This document shows, piece by piece, positions 29,313 to 39,225 of a stretch of DNA of 64,000 nt; within the stretch, counting starts at the first letter, position 1; every line of letters begins with the position of its first letter. This stretch comes from Candidatus Latescibacterota bacterium (GTDB lineage Bacteria; Latescibacterota; UBA2968; GCA-2709665). The notes beneath the pieces were generated by a model. It did no database searches. It was not told where the DNA came from and saw only the letters and a list, made by a program, of their open reading frames with translations. The translations under genes were made by a program, and so were the position numbers. The DNA lies in NCBI GenBank assembly GCA_965226795.1, contig CBDDDZ010000005.1, positions 1,312,001 through 1,376,000 on the forward strand, given 5' to 3'.

Positions 29313-31310
29313 ATGAGCCAGCCCGACTTTCAAAATCCTGTCCAGTTCCCGGGAGATTCTCGGGTGTCGGCCGCCGAAGCTCTTCGTGGAACTGTTGTCG
29401 CGCTTTCGGTTGCCATGCTGGTATTTGCGTGCGTCGCGGCTACGTTTTTGGAATTCAGATCCCGCTCCGCACACATGGCCATGGCAAACCTTCCCCTGGC
29501 GGTGTTGTTGCCATTCGTCACTTGGCTTCTGGTAAACGCCCTGCTAAAACGGTTTGTTCCCCGGCTGTCCCTGACTTCGGCAGAGCTGCGGCTGGCGTTG
29601 AGCATGCTCTGGGTGGGTGGATCATTTGCCGGGTATAACTGGATTACGCAGTGGGTGGGCGCAATGGCGGCGCCCAGGTACTACGCCTCGCCCGAGAACC
29701 GGTGGCGGGAGTTGATTTTCGACTACTTGCCGTGGTGGATGTTTCCTTCAGATTTTCCGGGCGTGACCGAGGGGTTCTTCCTTGGGATCGAGAAGGGCGC
29801 GGGTGTGCCCTGGGGCGCATGGCTGGGACCGGTTTTCTGGGCGATGTCCGCCGGTGTGGCGATGACGGCGATCGGGGTGGGGGTGACGGCGGTGTTCCAG
29901 AAGCAGTGGGTTCGGCACGAACGCCTCACCTATCCACTGGCGCAGGTGCCGATCGACTTGACGGAAGGTTTCGACCGGAAGCGAGGATGGCCGCCGTTTG
30001 CACGCCAATGGCTGTTCTGGACGGGTTTCGCGATATCGGCGGTTCCCTTGCTATGGAATCTGATCGAGTATTGGTCGCCCGGGTTTCCCCGCCTGGCGAT
30101 TTTCGACGCCTATTATGGACCGAGCGGGCCCAGAGGTGCGGAACTGTCACGTTATTTGCAGCCGTTTTCCTACCGTATGTTGCCCACGGTAATGGGCTTT
30201 ACGTTCTTGTGCGATCTGAATATCCTGTTCAGCATATGGGCGTTGTGGCTCTCCGGACAACTGGGCCTGTACGCAATGTCCAGGGTTGGATTTTCGGTGG
30301 GCCTGGTGGGGCAGGAGGCCAAACCGTCTGCAATTCTGGGTTTGTTCACACACGGCGTCAGCATGGGATTGGTATTATGGACCCTGTGGGCCGCCCGGGG
30401 CCACCTGAAACGAGTCTTTCTGCAGGTGGTACGCCCGCGCGATGACGAAGAGGCGGAAACCGTGATTCTCCGCCCCCGATTGGCTCTGATTTCGATTCTG
30501 GCCGGCGGCATCTATATGGTTTTCTGGTTGAACAGGGCGGGCTACAGCGTGACGATCGGCCTGTCCTGGTTACTGCTCTTCTGGGCGAGTATCCTGGTGG
30601 TGATGAAATTCCTGGCCGCAAGTGGGTTTGCGTATCTGTTTCCCAGTTTCGGTACGTCGATCCTGAATATGACCGTTGGCGCAAACCGGATGAATGAATC
30701 CACCCTGGTGGGGCTTCGCCTGGTGAACTGGAGACTCCTGGCAGGCTGGCGGTTGCCGGCGGCGCTACCTCACGTTGAACGTCTGCTCGGGCGGTCGGGT
30801 CGTACGGGATGGGTGGTGGCCGGCAGCCTCGTGGCCGGCATGCTGGCGGCGATCATTTACACGGTTTCAATCTGTTACGAGGAGGGAGGCAGCACGTTCC
30901 GTACGTGGTCTCTTGTGGGCGCGCCGCGGGGGATGTACGAGGGCATCGCAAAGGCCGTTGCCGACACCGACCCCGAAGTAACCGATCCTGGCAAGATCGG
31001 CGTGTGGATCCTCGGGGGCCTCACCGCGGGTGCCATACAGCTGATGCAGAGCCGATTATCCTGGTGGCCGCTACATCCCCTGGGTGTCATGCTGATGTCG
31101 AGCGGCTACGTTCAGCTTTATGTTCTGGATATCTTCCTGGTGTGGCTGGCCAAATTGATGGTTCTCCGGTTTGGCGGCATCTCCCTGTACCGACGGGTAA
31201 AACCGTGGTGCTACGGATTGATTGTGGGTTATGTATTTGCGGTTGGGTGTTCTTTTCTCGTGGACTTGATCTGGTTTCCCGAAGGCGGTCACTATATTCA
31301 CGGATACTAA
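29313..31310 (+). CDS. DUF6785/DUF6784-type polytopic membrane protein, copy 3 (distant paralog)
   Basis: YYASPENRW, KQWVRHERLTYPL, WWPLHPLG and a C-terminal GH.IHGY motif. Confidence 0.8.
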   Translation: MSQPDFQNPVQFPGDSRVSAAEALRGTVVALSVAMLVFACVAATFLEFRSRSAHMAMANLPLAVLLPFVTWLLVNALLKRFVPRLSLTSAELRLALSMLWVGGSFAGYNWITQWVGAMAAPRYYASPENRWRELIFDYLPWWMFPSDFPGVTEGFFLGIEKGAGVPWGAWLGPVFWAMSAGVAMTAIGVGVTAVFQKQWVRHERLTYPLAQVPIDLTEGFDRKRGWPPFARQWLFWTGFAISAVPLLWNLIEYWSPGFPRLAIFDAYYGPSGPRGAELSRYLQPFSYRMLPTVMGFTFLCDLNILFSIWALWLSGQLGLYAMSRVGFSVGLVGQEAKPSAILGLFTHGVSMGLVLWTLWAARGHLKRVFLQVVRPRDDEEAETVILRPRLALISILAGGIYMVFWLNRAGYSVTIGLSWLLLFWASILVVMKFLAASGFAYLFPSFGTSILNMTVGANRMNESTLVGLRLVNWRLLAGWRLPAALPHVERLLGRSGRTGWVVAGSLVAGMLAAIIYTVSICYEEGGSTFRTWSLVGAPRGMYEGIAKAVADTDPEVTDPGKIGVWILGGLTAGAIQLMQSRLSWWPLHPLGVMLMSSGYVQLYVLDIFLVWLAKLMVLRFGGISLYRRVKPWCYGLIVGYVFAVGCSFLVDLIWFPEGGHYIHGY

Positions 31311-31320
31311 CCAACATGAC

Positions 31321-32070
31321 GTGGCCATTGACGTCTGTGGCGTGAACAAGGTGTTTGAGAGCGATGCCGGGCGGGTGGTGGCGTTGAAGAACGTGAATTT
31401 GCAGGTTCCGCGGGGCGCTTTCGTGAGTGTTGTCGGGCCCTCCGGTTGCGGAAAGACCAGCCTGATGCGCATCGTCGGCGACCTGGAGGTGCCGACGTCG
31501 GGTTTGGTTCGGGTGAACGGAAAGCTGCCGGTGGAGGCAAGACGAGCGCGGGAGATTGGTGTGGTCTTTCAGAGTCCCGCCCTGATGGGCTGGCGCACGG
31601 TGGAGGAAAATGTGCGTCTGCCTGGAGAGATCTTCAACGATATGCAGGTCGTAGCGCAGACCCGGGAGATGATTCGGGCCGTGGGGCTGCAGGGCTTCGA
31701 GCAGTCCTATCCGAGGCAGCTTTCGGGTGGCATGCAGTCACGGGTGGCCATTGCCCGGGCGCTGACGTACCGCCCCGCCGTATTGCTGATGGACGAACCG
31801 TTCGGCGCTCTTGACGAAATTACAAGGGAGAGAATGCAGCTGGAGTTGCTTCGAATATGGCGGGTTACAAAGCCCTCGGTGCTTTTTATAACCCACAGCA
31901 TCCCGGAGGCCATTCTGCTTTCGGACCGGGTCGTGGTGATGTCGGCTCGTCCGGGCCGCCTGGTGGGCGACGTCGACGTGGATTTTCCGAGACCGAGAAA
32001 CGTGGAATTGCTGGTCCAGCCGCGTTTCGTAGAGATGGTGGCGCACCTCAGGGCCCTGCTGGCGGGCTAG
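31321..32070 (+). CDS. NitT/TauT-family ABC transporter ATP-binding protein
   Basis: GPSGCGKT, LSGGMQ, LLMDEPFGALD and FITHSI motifs. Confidence 0.92.
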   Translation: MAIDVCGVNKVFESDAGRVVALKNVNLQVPRGAFVSVVGPSGCGKTSLMRIVGDLEVPTSGLVRVNGKLPVEARRAREIGVVFQSPALMGWRTVEENVRLPGEIFNDMQVVAQTREMIRAVGLQGFEQSYPRQLSGGMQSRVAIARALTYRPAVLLMDEPFGALDEITRERMQLELLRIWRVTKPSVLFITHSIPEAILLSDRVVVMSARPGRLVGDVDVDFPRPRNVELLVQPRFVEMVAHLRALLAG

Positions 32071-32217
32071 TGTTCTGTCCCGGAAATAGATTGCCGAATG
32101 GTGACATATTTCTGGGACGGGACACGCGATTCGCCTGGCCGCCGGGATAGGACGTCGACACAGACTACCTGTGTTGGGAGATTACGCGGTTCCGCCAGGA
32201 AGACCGAAGTGCCACGA

Positions 32218-33189
32218 TCAGGGAACCGGCGGCAGCAGGTCGGCAACGAACAGCCGGGAAACTTCGATCTTTCTGGCGATCAGACCCAGATCGAACAGAA
32301 TTTCCTGTGTGTGCGACCACCGTTCGGTGGTTTGCGCACCCAGCCCGAGGCGTTCAACGTCCGGGCTCATCAATATGGGGATGAGCTGTTCGAAATTGGC
32401 CCGATTGAATTCGGCATTGCTTTCCGGGCGGTAGGCCGTATATGCGGCAACGGCATCTTCCGGGTTATCGACGGCGTAGCGCCAGCCCTTCATACTGGCG
32501 TGGACGAATTTGCGCACGACGTCCGGGTTCTTTTTCAGATAGTCGACATTGGCAATGATGTTGGTGCTGTACAGGTCGATGCCGTATTGGGCAAACGAAA
32601 TACGGGTTACCTCCCGACCCCGGAGTTCTACGGTTACTGGCTGGTCTTCGGTATAACCCAGCATGGCATCGACTTTTCCGGCAAGCAGAGGGGCGGGACT
32701 GGATTCCGTCATTCCCATCAGCCGGACGCGGTCTTCATCGATGCCCACCTTTTTGAGAAAAGCTTGGAATTCCCGATGTTTGGTGCCCCCGACATTGACG
32801 CCAACCCGTTTGCCGATAAGATCTTCCGGTATTCGGATGTTGTTCTCTTCCAACGCGTACACTACAACCGGCGAATGCTGGTTGATCACGGCGAGGGAGA
32901 CCACGGGGATGTCTCTTGCGCGCGCGATCAGCGTGGCTGAGCCGCTGGAAATCCCGAGCTGATACTTGCCGCTGCCCACCAGGCGAGCGGTCGTAGGCGC
33001 CCCTGTACCTTCGAGAATCTCAACCGAGATCCCCTCGGCATGGTAATATCCCTTCGCTTTCGCCACAAAAAAGCCGGCGTGCTCCATCTGTGCTTTCCAG
33101 TCCAGAAGCAACTGAATCTGCTGAAATGTCTCCGGTGGTTTGCCGCAGGCGGTCAGAAAGGCGAAAAGCAGCCAGACCAGACGGTTCAT
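32218..33189 (-). CDS. NMT1/THI5-like ABC substrate-binding lipoprotein
   Basis: Lipobox FLTAC and LDWKAQMEHAGFFVAKAKGYY. GGAGG RBS upstream of ATG 33189. Confidence 0.88.
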   Translation of the reverse strand: MNRLVWLLFAFLTACGKPPETFQQIQLLLDWKAQMEHAGFFVAKAKGYYHAEGISVEILEGTGAPTTARLVGSGKYQLGISSGSATLIARARDIPVVSLAVINQHSPVVVYALEENNIRIPEDLIGKRVGVNVGGTKHREFQAFLKKVGIDEDRVRLMGMTESSPAPLLAGKVDAMLGYTEDQPVTVELRGREVTRISFAQYGIDLYSTNIIANVDYLKKNPDVVRKFVHASMKGWRYAVDNPEDAVAAYTAYRPESNAEFNRANFEQLIPILMSPDVERLGLGAQTTERWSHTQEILFDLGLIARKIEVSRLFVADLLPPVP

Positions 33190-33211
33190 TGGAATCCTCC
33201 CGTGGGTTGTT

Positions 33212-34003
33212 CTATCGCCTGAGTGGTTCATGGAAATCGCCCCAGCGTCTGAGCAGGAGTTTTTCCAGGCCTTCCACAATCAAAAAAAGGAGCGTGCCCA
33301 TCGCGCCCAGCATAATCAGCGCGGCGAACATCAGATCCGTAGCCAGCTCGGAGTTGGCCAACCGCGTGAGGTGCCCCAGGCCGGCGCTGGCACCCACGAA
33401 TTCTCCCACAACCGCACCGATAACACTCAGGGTGACGCAGATTTTAAGGGCGGCAAAAAGATAAGGAATGGCGTTCGGCAGGCGGACTTTGATTAGAATC
33501 TGGCTCCGCCCCGCGGAAAGCGCCCGCATCAGATCCAGAATGAGCGGGTCCACGGCAAGCAGGCCGCGTGTCGTGTTGACAATGACAGGAAAAAAAGAAA
33601 TGAGCGCGGCGATAATCACCTTCGGGAACAGCCCGAGGCCGAACCAGACGATAAATAGCGGGGCCAGTGCTTCTTTTGGAAAGGTTTGGGAAGAGATGAC
33701 GATGGGATAGAGCATTCTCTCGATTATGGGAGAACGAGCCATGACAATAGCGCCGGCGACGCCCGTGCTGGCGCCGAGAAGAAAACCCCAGAGCGCTTCC
33801 TGCAGGGTCACCCAGGCATGGAACAAAAGCGTGTAGCGCGCCGAGATCAGTTTACCGAGGATTCGCGACGGCGCCGGCAGGATATAGTCTGCGATGTCCC
33901 ACGCAAACACCAGAACTTCCCATATGCCAAGCGTGAGGGATACGAAGAGCAGGGAGAGGCCGTACTCCCTGATGAGAAAGCGGACGACGTTGACCGGGAT
34001 CAC
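33212..34003 (-). CDS. NitT/TauT-family ABC transporter permease
   Basis: ILPAPS, QTFPKEALAPL, FFPVIVNT and GAVVGEFVG motifs. Confidence 0.9.
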   Translation of the reverse strand: MIPVNVVRFLIREYGLSLLFVSLTLGIWEVLVFAWDIADYILPAPSRILGKLISARYTLLFHAWVTLQEALWGFLLGASTGVAGAIVMARSPIIERMLYPIVISSQTFPKEALAPLFIVWFGLGLFPKVIIAALISFFPVIVNTTRGLLAVDPLILDLMRALSAGRSQILIKVRLPNAIPYLFAALKICVTLSVIGAVVGEFVGASAGLGHLTRLANSELATDLMFAALIMLGAMGTLLFLIVEGLEKLLLRRWGDFHEPLRR

Positions 34004-34377
34004 GGTTCAAACAGAATGATCTGGGCCTGAATTGAGCCGGCCTGGTTCTGATATTCGGGGTTTTCGTTCATTGCCATATATAGCGGTCCTTCGTAGGGTG
34101 AGAAAAAGTCGAAATAGACCCCTGCAGCAAGGGCCGGATTATCCGAACCGACCCTGCAGATCAGGGCGCCTACGTTGGTGCCGGGCAGAAGATACTCGTC
34201 TCCGGCCAGGTTGCCTTCGATTCCATTCGCGCTGCACCAGACGATGGTGGCCGGACGCATCTCGGGCGACCATATGCCCTCGGCCGAAATGACGAGGCGA
34301 TGATCGCTTTGTATCCGCAGATACATCTCCTGCCAGATCGCATTTGGCCGGATGGTTTTGTTGATAGTCAGCGGCAT
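34000..34377 (-). CDS. Small LecA/PA-IL-like beta-sandwich protein
   Basis: WQ...I.AEGIWS...CSANG...GALICRVG...GPLYMAMNE...YQNQAGSI pattern. GTGA overlap with the permease start. Confidence 0.6.
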   Translation of the reverse strand: MPLTINKTIRPNAIWQEMYLRIQSDHRLVISAEGIWSPEMRPATIVWCSANGIEGNLAGDEYLLPGTNVGALICRVGSDNPALAAGVYFDFFSPYEGPLYMAMNENPEYQNQAGSIQAQIILFEP

Positions 34378-34732
34378 CGGGTATGTACTCGATCCTGTGT
34401 GCGAAAATGGATTTGGCTTGGCGCTACAAGATAGGGCCTCGCAATGCCAATGTCAAGGAGGGAGGTCTTCATGCCCCACGTGTGGCGGCTGGCGTCTTTG
34501 GCTTTTGCCGAGGTGTATGGAGAACGTGCGGGACCCGGGCCGGATCGACTGTTTACCGATAGACGAACGAAAAGGAAGTGCTGCCGCGCAGTTGCAGGCT
34601 GCCGGGACCCGCACTCTGCCGTTCAGACTTCGCATGGCCCTGAATGAAACAGGGTAGACCGCACATGCCTGGACCCTCGTGCGATCCCTCGATGGCATTC
34701 CGGATAAAACCCAAACCGTGAAAGGTTGCACA

Positions 34733-36496
34733 ATGGAATTTCATCTGACTCTGGATTTCAGGGACGACTTCACCGCCAGCGCGATTCCATGGACCGCCGA
34801 ACGATTCCGGGAATACATACGCCTTGTGGCCGATCTGGGGATGGCGGGTATTCATTGGATTGAGATGGGGGACAAGGAGATGGGCAAATGGGATCGGGGT
34901 TCGTCTACCGATCTCAGGGGCAGAGCCCGCGAGTTCGTGGAGGCCGTTCCCAATCCCCTGGCGTTTCTGTGCGAGGAGGCGCATCGTGTCGGAATGAAAG
35001 TTTACGCCGTGCATAAGATCAACGATATGGCCAGTTTCGGCCCCGGTCGGTTCTATCCCCTGGGAACAGCACCCGATGTGATGCCGGGCATTCCCCAGAT
35101 CGGGGGATCGGGCCAGATGGCATTCCGATGGCTCCGTCAGCACCCGGATCGGAGGGTGGAGATCCACCCGTCTCAAATGGAAGCGGCGGGTATCCGGAAA
35201 CCCGTCGGGACCATCCGTCTCTGGCACGAAACCGATCGCCTGGGAAGGGTTCCGGGCATTGAGTTATTTGTGAGTGAGACGAATGCGCGTTACGTGCCCT
35301 ACAAGGGCGGCAGGGAACTCGACGTTTCCGTGCGAAGGCGAAAGCCACCAGTATATACGCCGGCGCCGGAAAGACGTTTCGGGCAGGAAGGGGATTTTGC
35401 CTGCATCGAAATCTCCGGCCTCGAGATATCGCAACCGTTTTTTTGTGTCCGCTTCGCAGATACACTCGGGCTTACCAACACACTTGCGGCACTCGTGGAA
35501 GTGGAGGACGTGGACGGAGAACCCGTCGTTTTGACGTGGGGATTCTGCCCCCGGTCGGATTATTCGAAATCTCTTGGCTCGTTCGAAGAAACCGGCATCG
35601 GGTTTGACGCCAACTGGCATGTGCCTTTCGAAGACCATCCCGGGGGTGCCGAATGGGAGTATTCGGCGGGAAGGTACCGGCTGAACGTGGATAAGGTTCC
35701 CTTTGTCGGAATTGCCCGCGGCAGAAACCGGTTTCTGTCCTCAGCGGTCGAACTCGGGTATCCTGACGTCAGACGCTGGTTGCTCGACATCGTTCAGTAT
35801 GAACTGGACGCGGGCTGCGACGGAGTGGACATTCGGGTGGAATGTCATACACAGAATATGGATTTCGAAAATTACGGATTCGGACAACCCATTGTCGAAG
35901 CGTTTCGGGATCGATACGGCGTGGATATAACGCGGGAATCATTCGACCGGAGCGACTGGCGGGAATTGCGGGGAGAATATTTCGATCTGTTTCTGAAGGA
36001 CGCATCTGATCTGATTCGGTCACGCGGCAAAGAACGATGGATACACCTGACTGGATATCCCGGCATGGATCGGCAGCCCCGGCAGCAGAGCCTCTATCAG
36101 AAGTACTGGAACTGGCGGAAATGGTTGGCGGAAGGCTGGGTGGACGTTGTGAATTTCAAGCGATTCCAGGCGAGGGGTCTTTCACCCGGGCAGCGGGGGG
36201 AAATTGACCGTTTCTATCGAAAGGCGCTGAACCACTGCAGGGATCTTGACCTGCGAATGGCCTACACCCCCGATCCGAGATACGAGGGCATGAGCGAGGA
36301 GGAATTCGTGGACATGGAACTGCGGAATATCCATCGTATCGCGCGGGACGGATTCGAAATCTACAATTTCTACGAGGGTTGTACCTATATTCGTCTGACT
36401 GAACACGGATTCAAAGTCGATGCCGGGAATTTATGGCGAAACGTCCGTGAATGGAGTGAGGCACACAATCGCGCACCGGGTCGTGACGGCTCTTAA
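34733..36496 (+). CDS. Glycoside hydrolase family 10-like (GHL10/DUF187-type) TIM-barrel protein with insertion
   Basis: PLAFLCEEAHRVGMKVYA, GYPDVRRWLLD, CDGVDI, FRDRYGVD and WLAEGWVD motifs. Confidence 0.6.
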   Translation: MEFHLTLDFRDDFTASAIPWTAERFREYIRLVADLGMAGIHWIEMGDKEMGKWDRGSSTDLRGRAREFVEAVPNPLAFLCEEAHRVGMKVYAVHKINDMASFGPGRFYPLGTAPDVMPGIPQIGGSGQMAFRWLRQHPDRRVEIHPSQMEAAGIRKPVGTIRLWHETDRLGRVPGIELFVSETNARYVPYKGGRELDVSVRRRKPPVYTPAPERRFGQEGDFACIEISGLEISQPFFCVRFADTLGLTNTLAALVEVEDVDGEPVVLTWGFCPRSDYSKSLGSFEETGIGFDANWHVPFEDHPGGAEWEYSAGRYRLNVDKVPFVGIARGRNRFLSSAVELGYPDVRRWLLDIVQYELDAGCDGVDIRVECHTQNMDFENYGFGQPIVEAFRDRYGVDITRESFDRSDWRELRGEYFDLFLKDASDLIRSRGKERWIHLTGYPGMDRQPRQQSLYQKYWNWRKWLAEGWVDVVNFKRFQARGLSPGQRGEIDRFYRKALNHCRDLDLRMAYTPDPRYEGMSEEEFVDMELRNIHRIARDGFEIYNFYEGCTYIRLTEHGFKVDAGNLWRNVREWSEAHNRAPGRDGS

Positions 36497-36537
36497 CCAC
36501 ACAACCGCGGTCTCGGCACAAAAGAGGGGATGCCTGA

Positions 36538-38088
36538 ATGATGCAGAATGAAGTTATCGAAGTGGGATCCGGAAAGCAGTTGTTCGTGGATTCGAAGTTC
36601 GTTGCGTCCAGTGAGGGTGTCGCCTTTGTAATGAACCCGCCGTACCAGGCGGACGAACCGGTACTGATGCCGGATCAAACCTGGGAACGGCGGCCTGGAG
36701 CGAGTTACGGAATTTATAGCAGCATTCTAAAGGACGCAGACGGAAGGATACGCGCCTGGTATCACGTTCGCATCGGCGACTACCGTTCCGGTAAAGACGA
36801 GGCCCACGTGGCCTACGCCGAGTCCGCCGATGGCATCCATTTCACCAAGCCGGTCCTGGACCTGTTTGAGTCCAACGGAACAACGCATAATAACGTTATC
36901 ATCCATGGCGATATAGGGGGAAGTTCCGTGTGGATCGATCCTCACGCACCGCCCGAGGTTCGTTACAAGACCCAGGCGAAAGTCTATTCGCCGCCCGAGG
37001 TATGGGGGCATCTGCACATGCACGGGTCGCCCGACGGGATTCACTGGAAGCTGGTGCGCGACATCGAGCTCAGTCGCGGCGGGTGGGATACGCAAACCAT
37101 CGTCTTCTGGGATCCGCCGGTCGGGCGCTACGTAATGTATACCCGACACTGGTTTGCAAAGCGGCACGGGACCGCCGGAGGAAATATAAACTACCGGACG
37201 GTGCGCAGGCTGGAGTCCGACGACCTGCTTGAATGGGGCAATCAGCGAATTGTAATGCGCCCCGACGACGTGGATATGGACACCTATGAGACGCCCGTTC
37301 CCCTTCGACCTGAGGGACCGGAACGCCCTTACGGTCGGGTACCGGTCGACTACTACGGTGCTTCGGTCTTCAAATATCCGGACCCTGAGGGTGTGTATGT
37401 CATGCTGGCCAACGCAAACTGGTATTGGTACGACCGCGAGCCGATTGTCACAGTCATGCGCGATGATATGGGCGTCGCGCGTGAAGAGACCCAGAATATC
37501 TATGGTCCCAGCCGCTTCGACGCCCGGCTGTCCGTAAGCCGGGACGGCATCAACTTTCAGCGATGCGGCGGGCGCAAGGCCTTCCTGACGCCCGGCAAGG
37601 AGGGGAGTTTCTCTTCCCGCATGGTATGGGCGACGCCGAGTCCCGTACCGATGGGGGACGAGTTGTGGATTTACTACAGCGGTACAAACAGGGATCACGA
37701 CGGCGTTGTGGATCCGTCGGCTGGAAGGCATCTCAGCGGTATCGGCCGTGCCGTGATGCGGTTGGATGGATTCGTATCCGCGGACGCCGACTACGGAGGC
37801 GGCGAACTTGCCACACCGGCAATTCGATTTGAGGGGGCGCAACTGCAATTGAACCTGGATACCGGCGGGGGAGGCTCGGTGAAGGTGGAGTTGCAGGATC
37901 ATCAGGGCCGGCCGTTAACGAATTATACCGAATCGGACGCCTCATTTTTGTGCGGCAACTCCGTACGGATGCCCGTGCGGTGGGGCGAGAGGACGGAGGT
38001 CGGCGAGTTGTCGGGGAGGCCGATCAGGATACGCTTTGTCATGCGCGACTGCAAGCTGTATGCGTTTCAATTCACGTCGTCCGGTTGA
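36538..38088 (+). CDS. Five-bladed beta-propeller glycosidase-like protein
   Basis: KQLFVD, AYAESADGIHFTKP, SPDGIHW, SRDGINF, ELWIYYSG and RLDGFVS, plus a C-terminal beta domain. Confidence 0.65.
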   Translation: MMQNEVIEVGSGKQLFVDSKFVASSEGVAFVMNPPYQADEPVLMPDQTWERRPGASYGIYSSILKDADGRIRAWYHVRIGDYRSGKDEAHVAYAESADGIHFTKPVLDLFESNGTTHNNVIIHGDIGGSSVWIDPHAPPEVRYKTQAKVYSPPEVWGHLHMHGSPDGIHWKLVRDIELSRGGWDTQTIVFWDPPVGRYVMYTRHWFAKRHGTAGGNINYRTVRRLESDDLLEWGNQRIVMRPDDVDMDTYETPVPLRPEGPERPYGRVPVDYYGASVFKYPDPEGVYVMLANANWYWYDREPIVTVMRDDMGVAREETQNIYGPSRFDARLSVSRDGINFQRCGGRKAFLTPGKEGSFSSRMVWATPSPVPMGDELWIYYSGTNRDHDGVVDPSAGRHLSGIGRAVMRLDGFVSADADYGGGELATPAIRFEGAQLQLNLDTGGGGSVKVELQDHQGRPLTNYTESDASFLCGNSVRMPVRWGERTEVGELSGRPIRIRFVMRDCKLYAFQFTSSG

Positions 38089-38174
38089 TTCCGTGAGCTT
38101 CGCTGAGGAACTCGCTGAGACAGGTCGGCCGATGGCCAGGCCATTTCGTTCTTGCAATCGACTCGGTGAACGAT

Positions 38175-39014
38175 CTACCAGGCATGTTTCTCCAGAAGTG
38201 CCTTGCTCTTGAGTACACCCTCGTGATCGTCTGTTCTGCCCTCGTATTCGATCCCGTAGGGGTTGTTGTAGCCCGCCTCCCTGAGGATGCCGATGGCGGC
38301 GGCGCAGTCGATTTCCTTTGATTCGCCGTCCGCCGAGAAGCTGAGGAATTTCGCGTGGGTCGCCCATGCGTACGGGGCGACCTTGCTGAGGTTTTCCAGC
38401 TTGTCGTCTTCGGCCGGCCAGTTGAGGAAATCGGCTAGGACCCGGCAGTGGTCGCTTCCGACCGCGTCCATGATCCGCAGGATGTTTGCCGCGGATCGCG
38501 ACACGCCCCCGTGATTCTCCATCAGCAGTCGGATGCCCGCCGGGGCGCAAAGTTCCGAGAGTTCGCCAAAACTGTTGATACACTGTTTAATATGTGTTTC
38601 GTTGGCGGGTTCGCCCCGGCCGGGGCCGCTGTTGGCGCGAAACGCGTTGCAACCCAGCGCCAGGCATGCATCGATCCATTTTCTGTGGTTCTCTACGGCT
38701 TGTTTCCGTTCCCTTTCGTCCGGAGATGAAAGGTCGCCGTGGCCGTCCACCGCAATGTTAAGCAACCGTACGCCGGCATCCTCCGCACGTTGACGCAGTT
38801 CGAAGAGATATCCATCGGCCAGACGACTGGTCGCGGGGCTGTCCGGATCGGCGTAGACAAAGAAGGGGCTGTTGAGTTCCAAGAGACGAATGTCGAATTC
38901 ATCAACGGTAAGAGCTGGAAAGTCGAGGAGACGCAGGGGGTTATCGGAATTCCTGAACCGCCGTTGAATGCTCCAGCCCGCGAGTGAGATTTCCATGGCG
39001 GTTGCCTCCGTCAT
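38175..39014 (-). CDS. Sugar phosphate isomerase/epimerase (TIM barrel)
   Basis: LMENHGG, LADFLN, THAK and GIEYEG motifs. Confidence 0.85.
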   Translation of the reverse strand: MTEATAMEISLAGWSIQRRFRNSDNPLRLLDFPALTVDEFDIRLLELNSPFFVYADPDSPATSRLADGYLFELRQRAEDAGVRLLNIAVDGHGDLSSPDERERKQAVENHRKWIDACLALGCNAFRANSGPGRGEPANETHIKQCINSFGELSELCAPAGIRLLMENHGGVSRSAANILRIMDAVGSDHCRVLADFLNWPAEDDKLENLSKVAPYAWATHAKFLSFSADGESKEIDCAAAIGILREAGYNNPYGIEYEGRTDDHEGVLKSKALLEKHAW

Positions 39015-39225
39015 TGGTTTGGGTTTGCTCTTGCTTTTGCAACGGAGTGGGAATATAATATTCCGCCGTAGGCTTTGCCAGCGCTTCCTGTGCTTCCGGT
39101 CAGCCGTCGCTGGACCGGAATTGGAAGCGCTCGATCCACGGGTCGCACAAACCGACCGATAGACCCGCGTGAACGGACTTCTTCACCGATGTGCATTTTC
39201 GCCCCTGCAATCGAAAGGAAATCTC

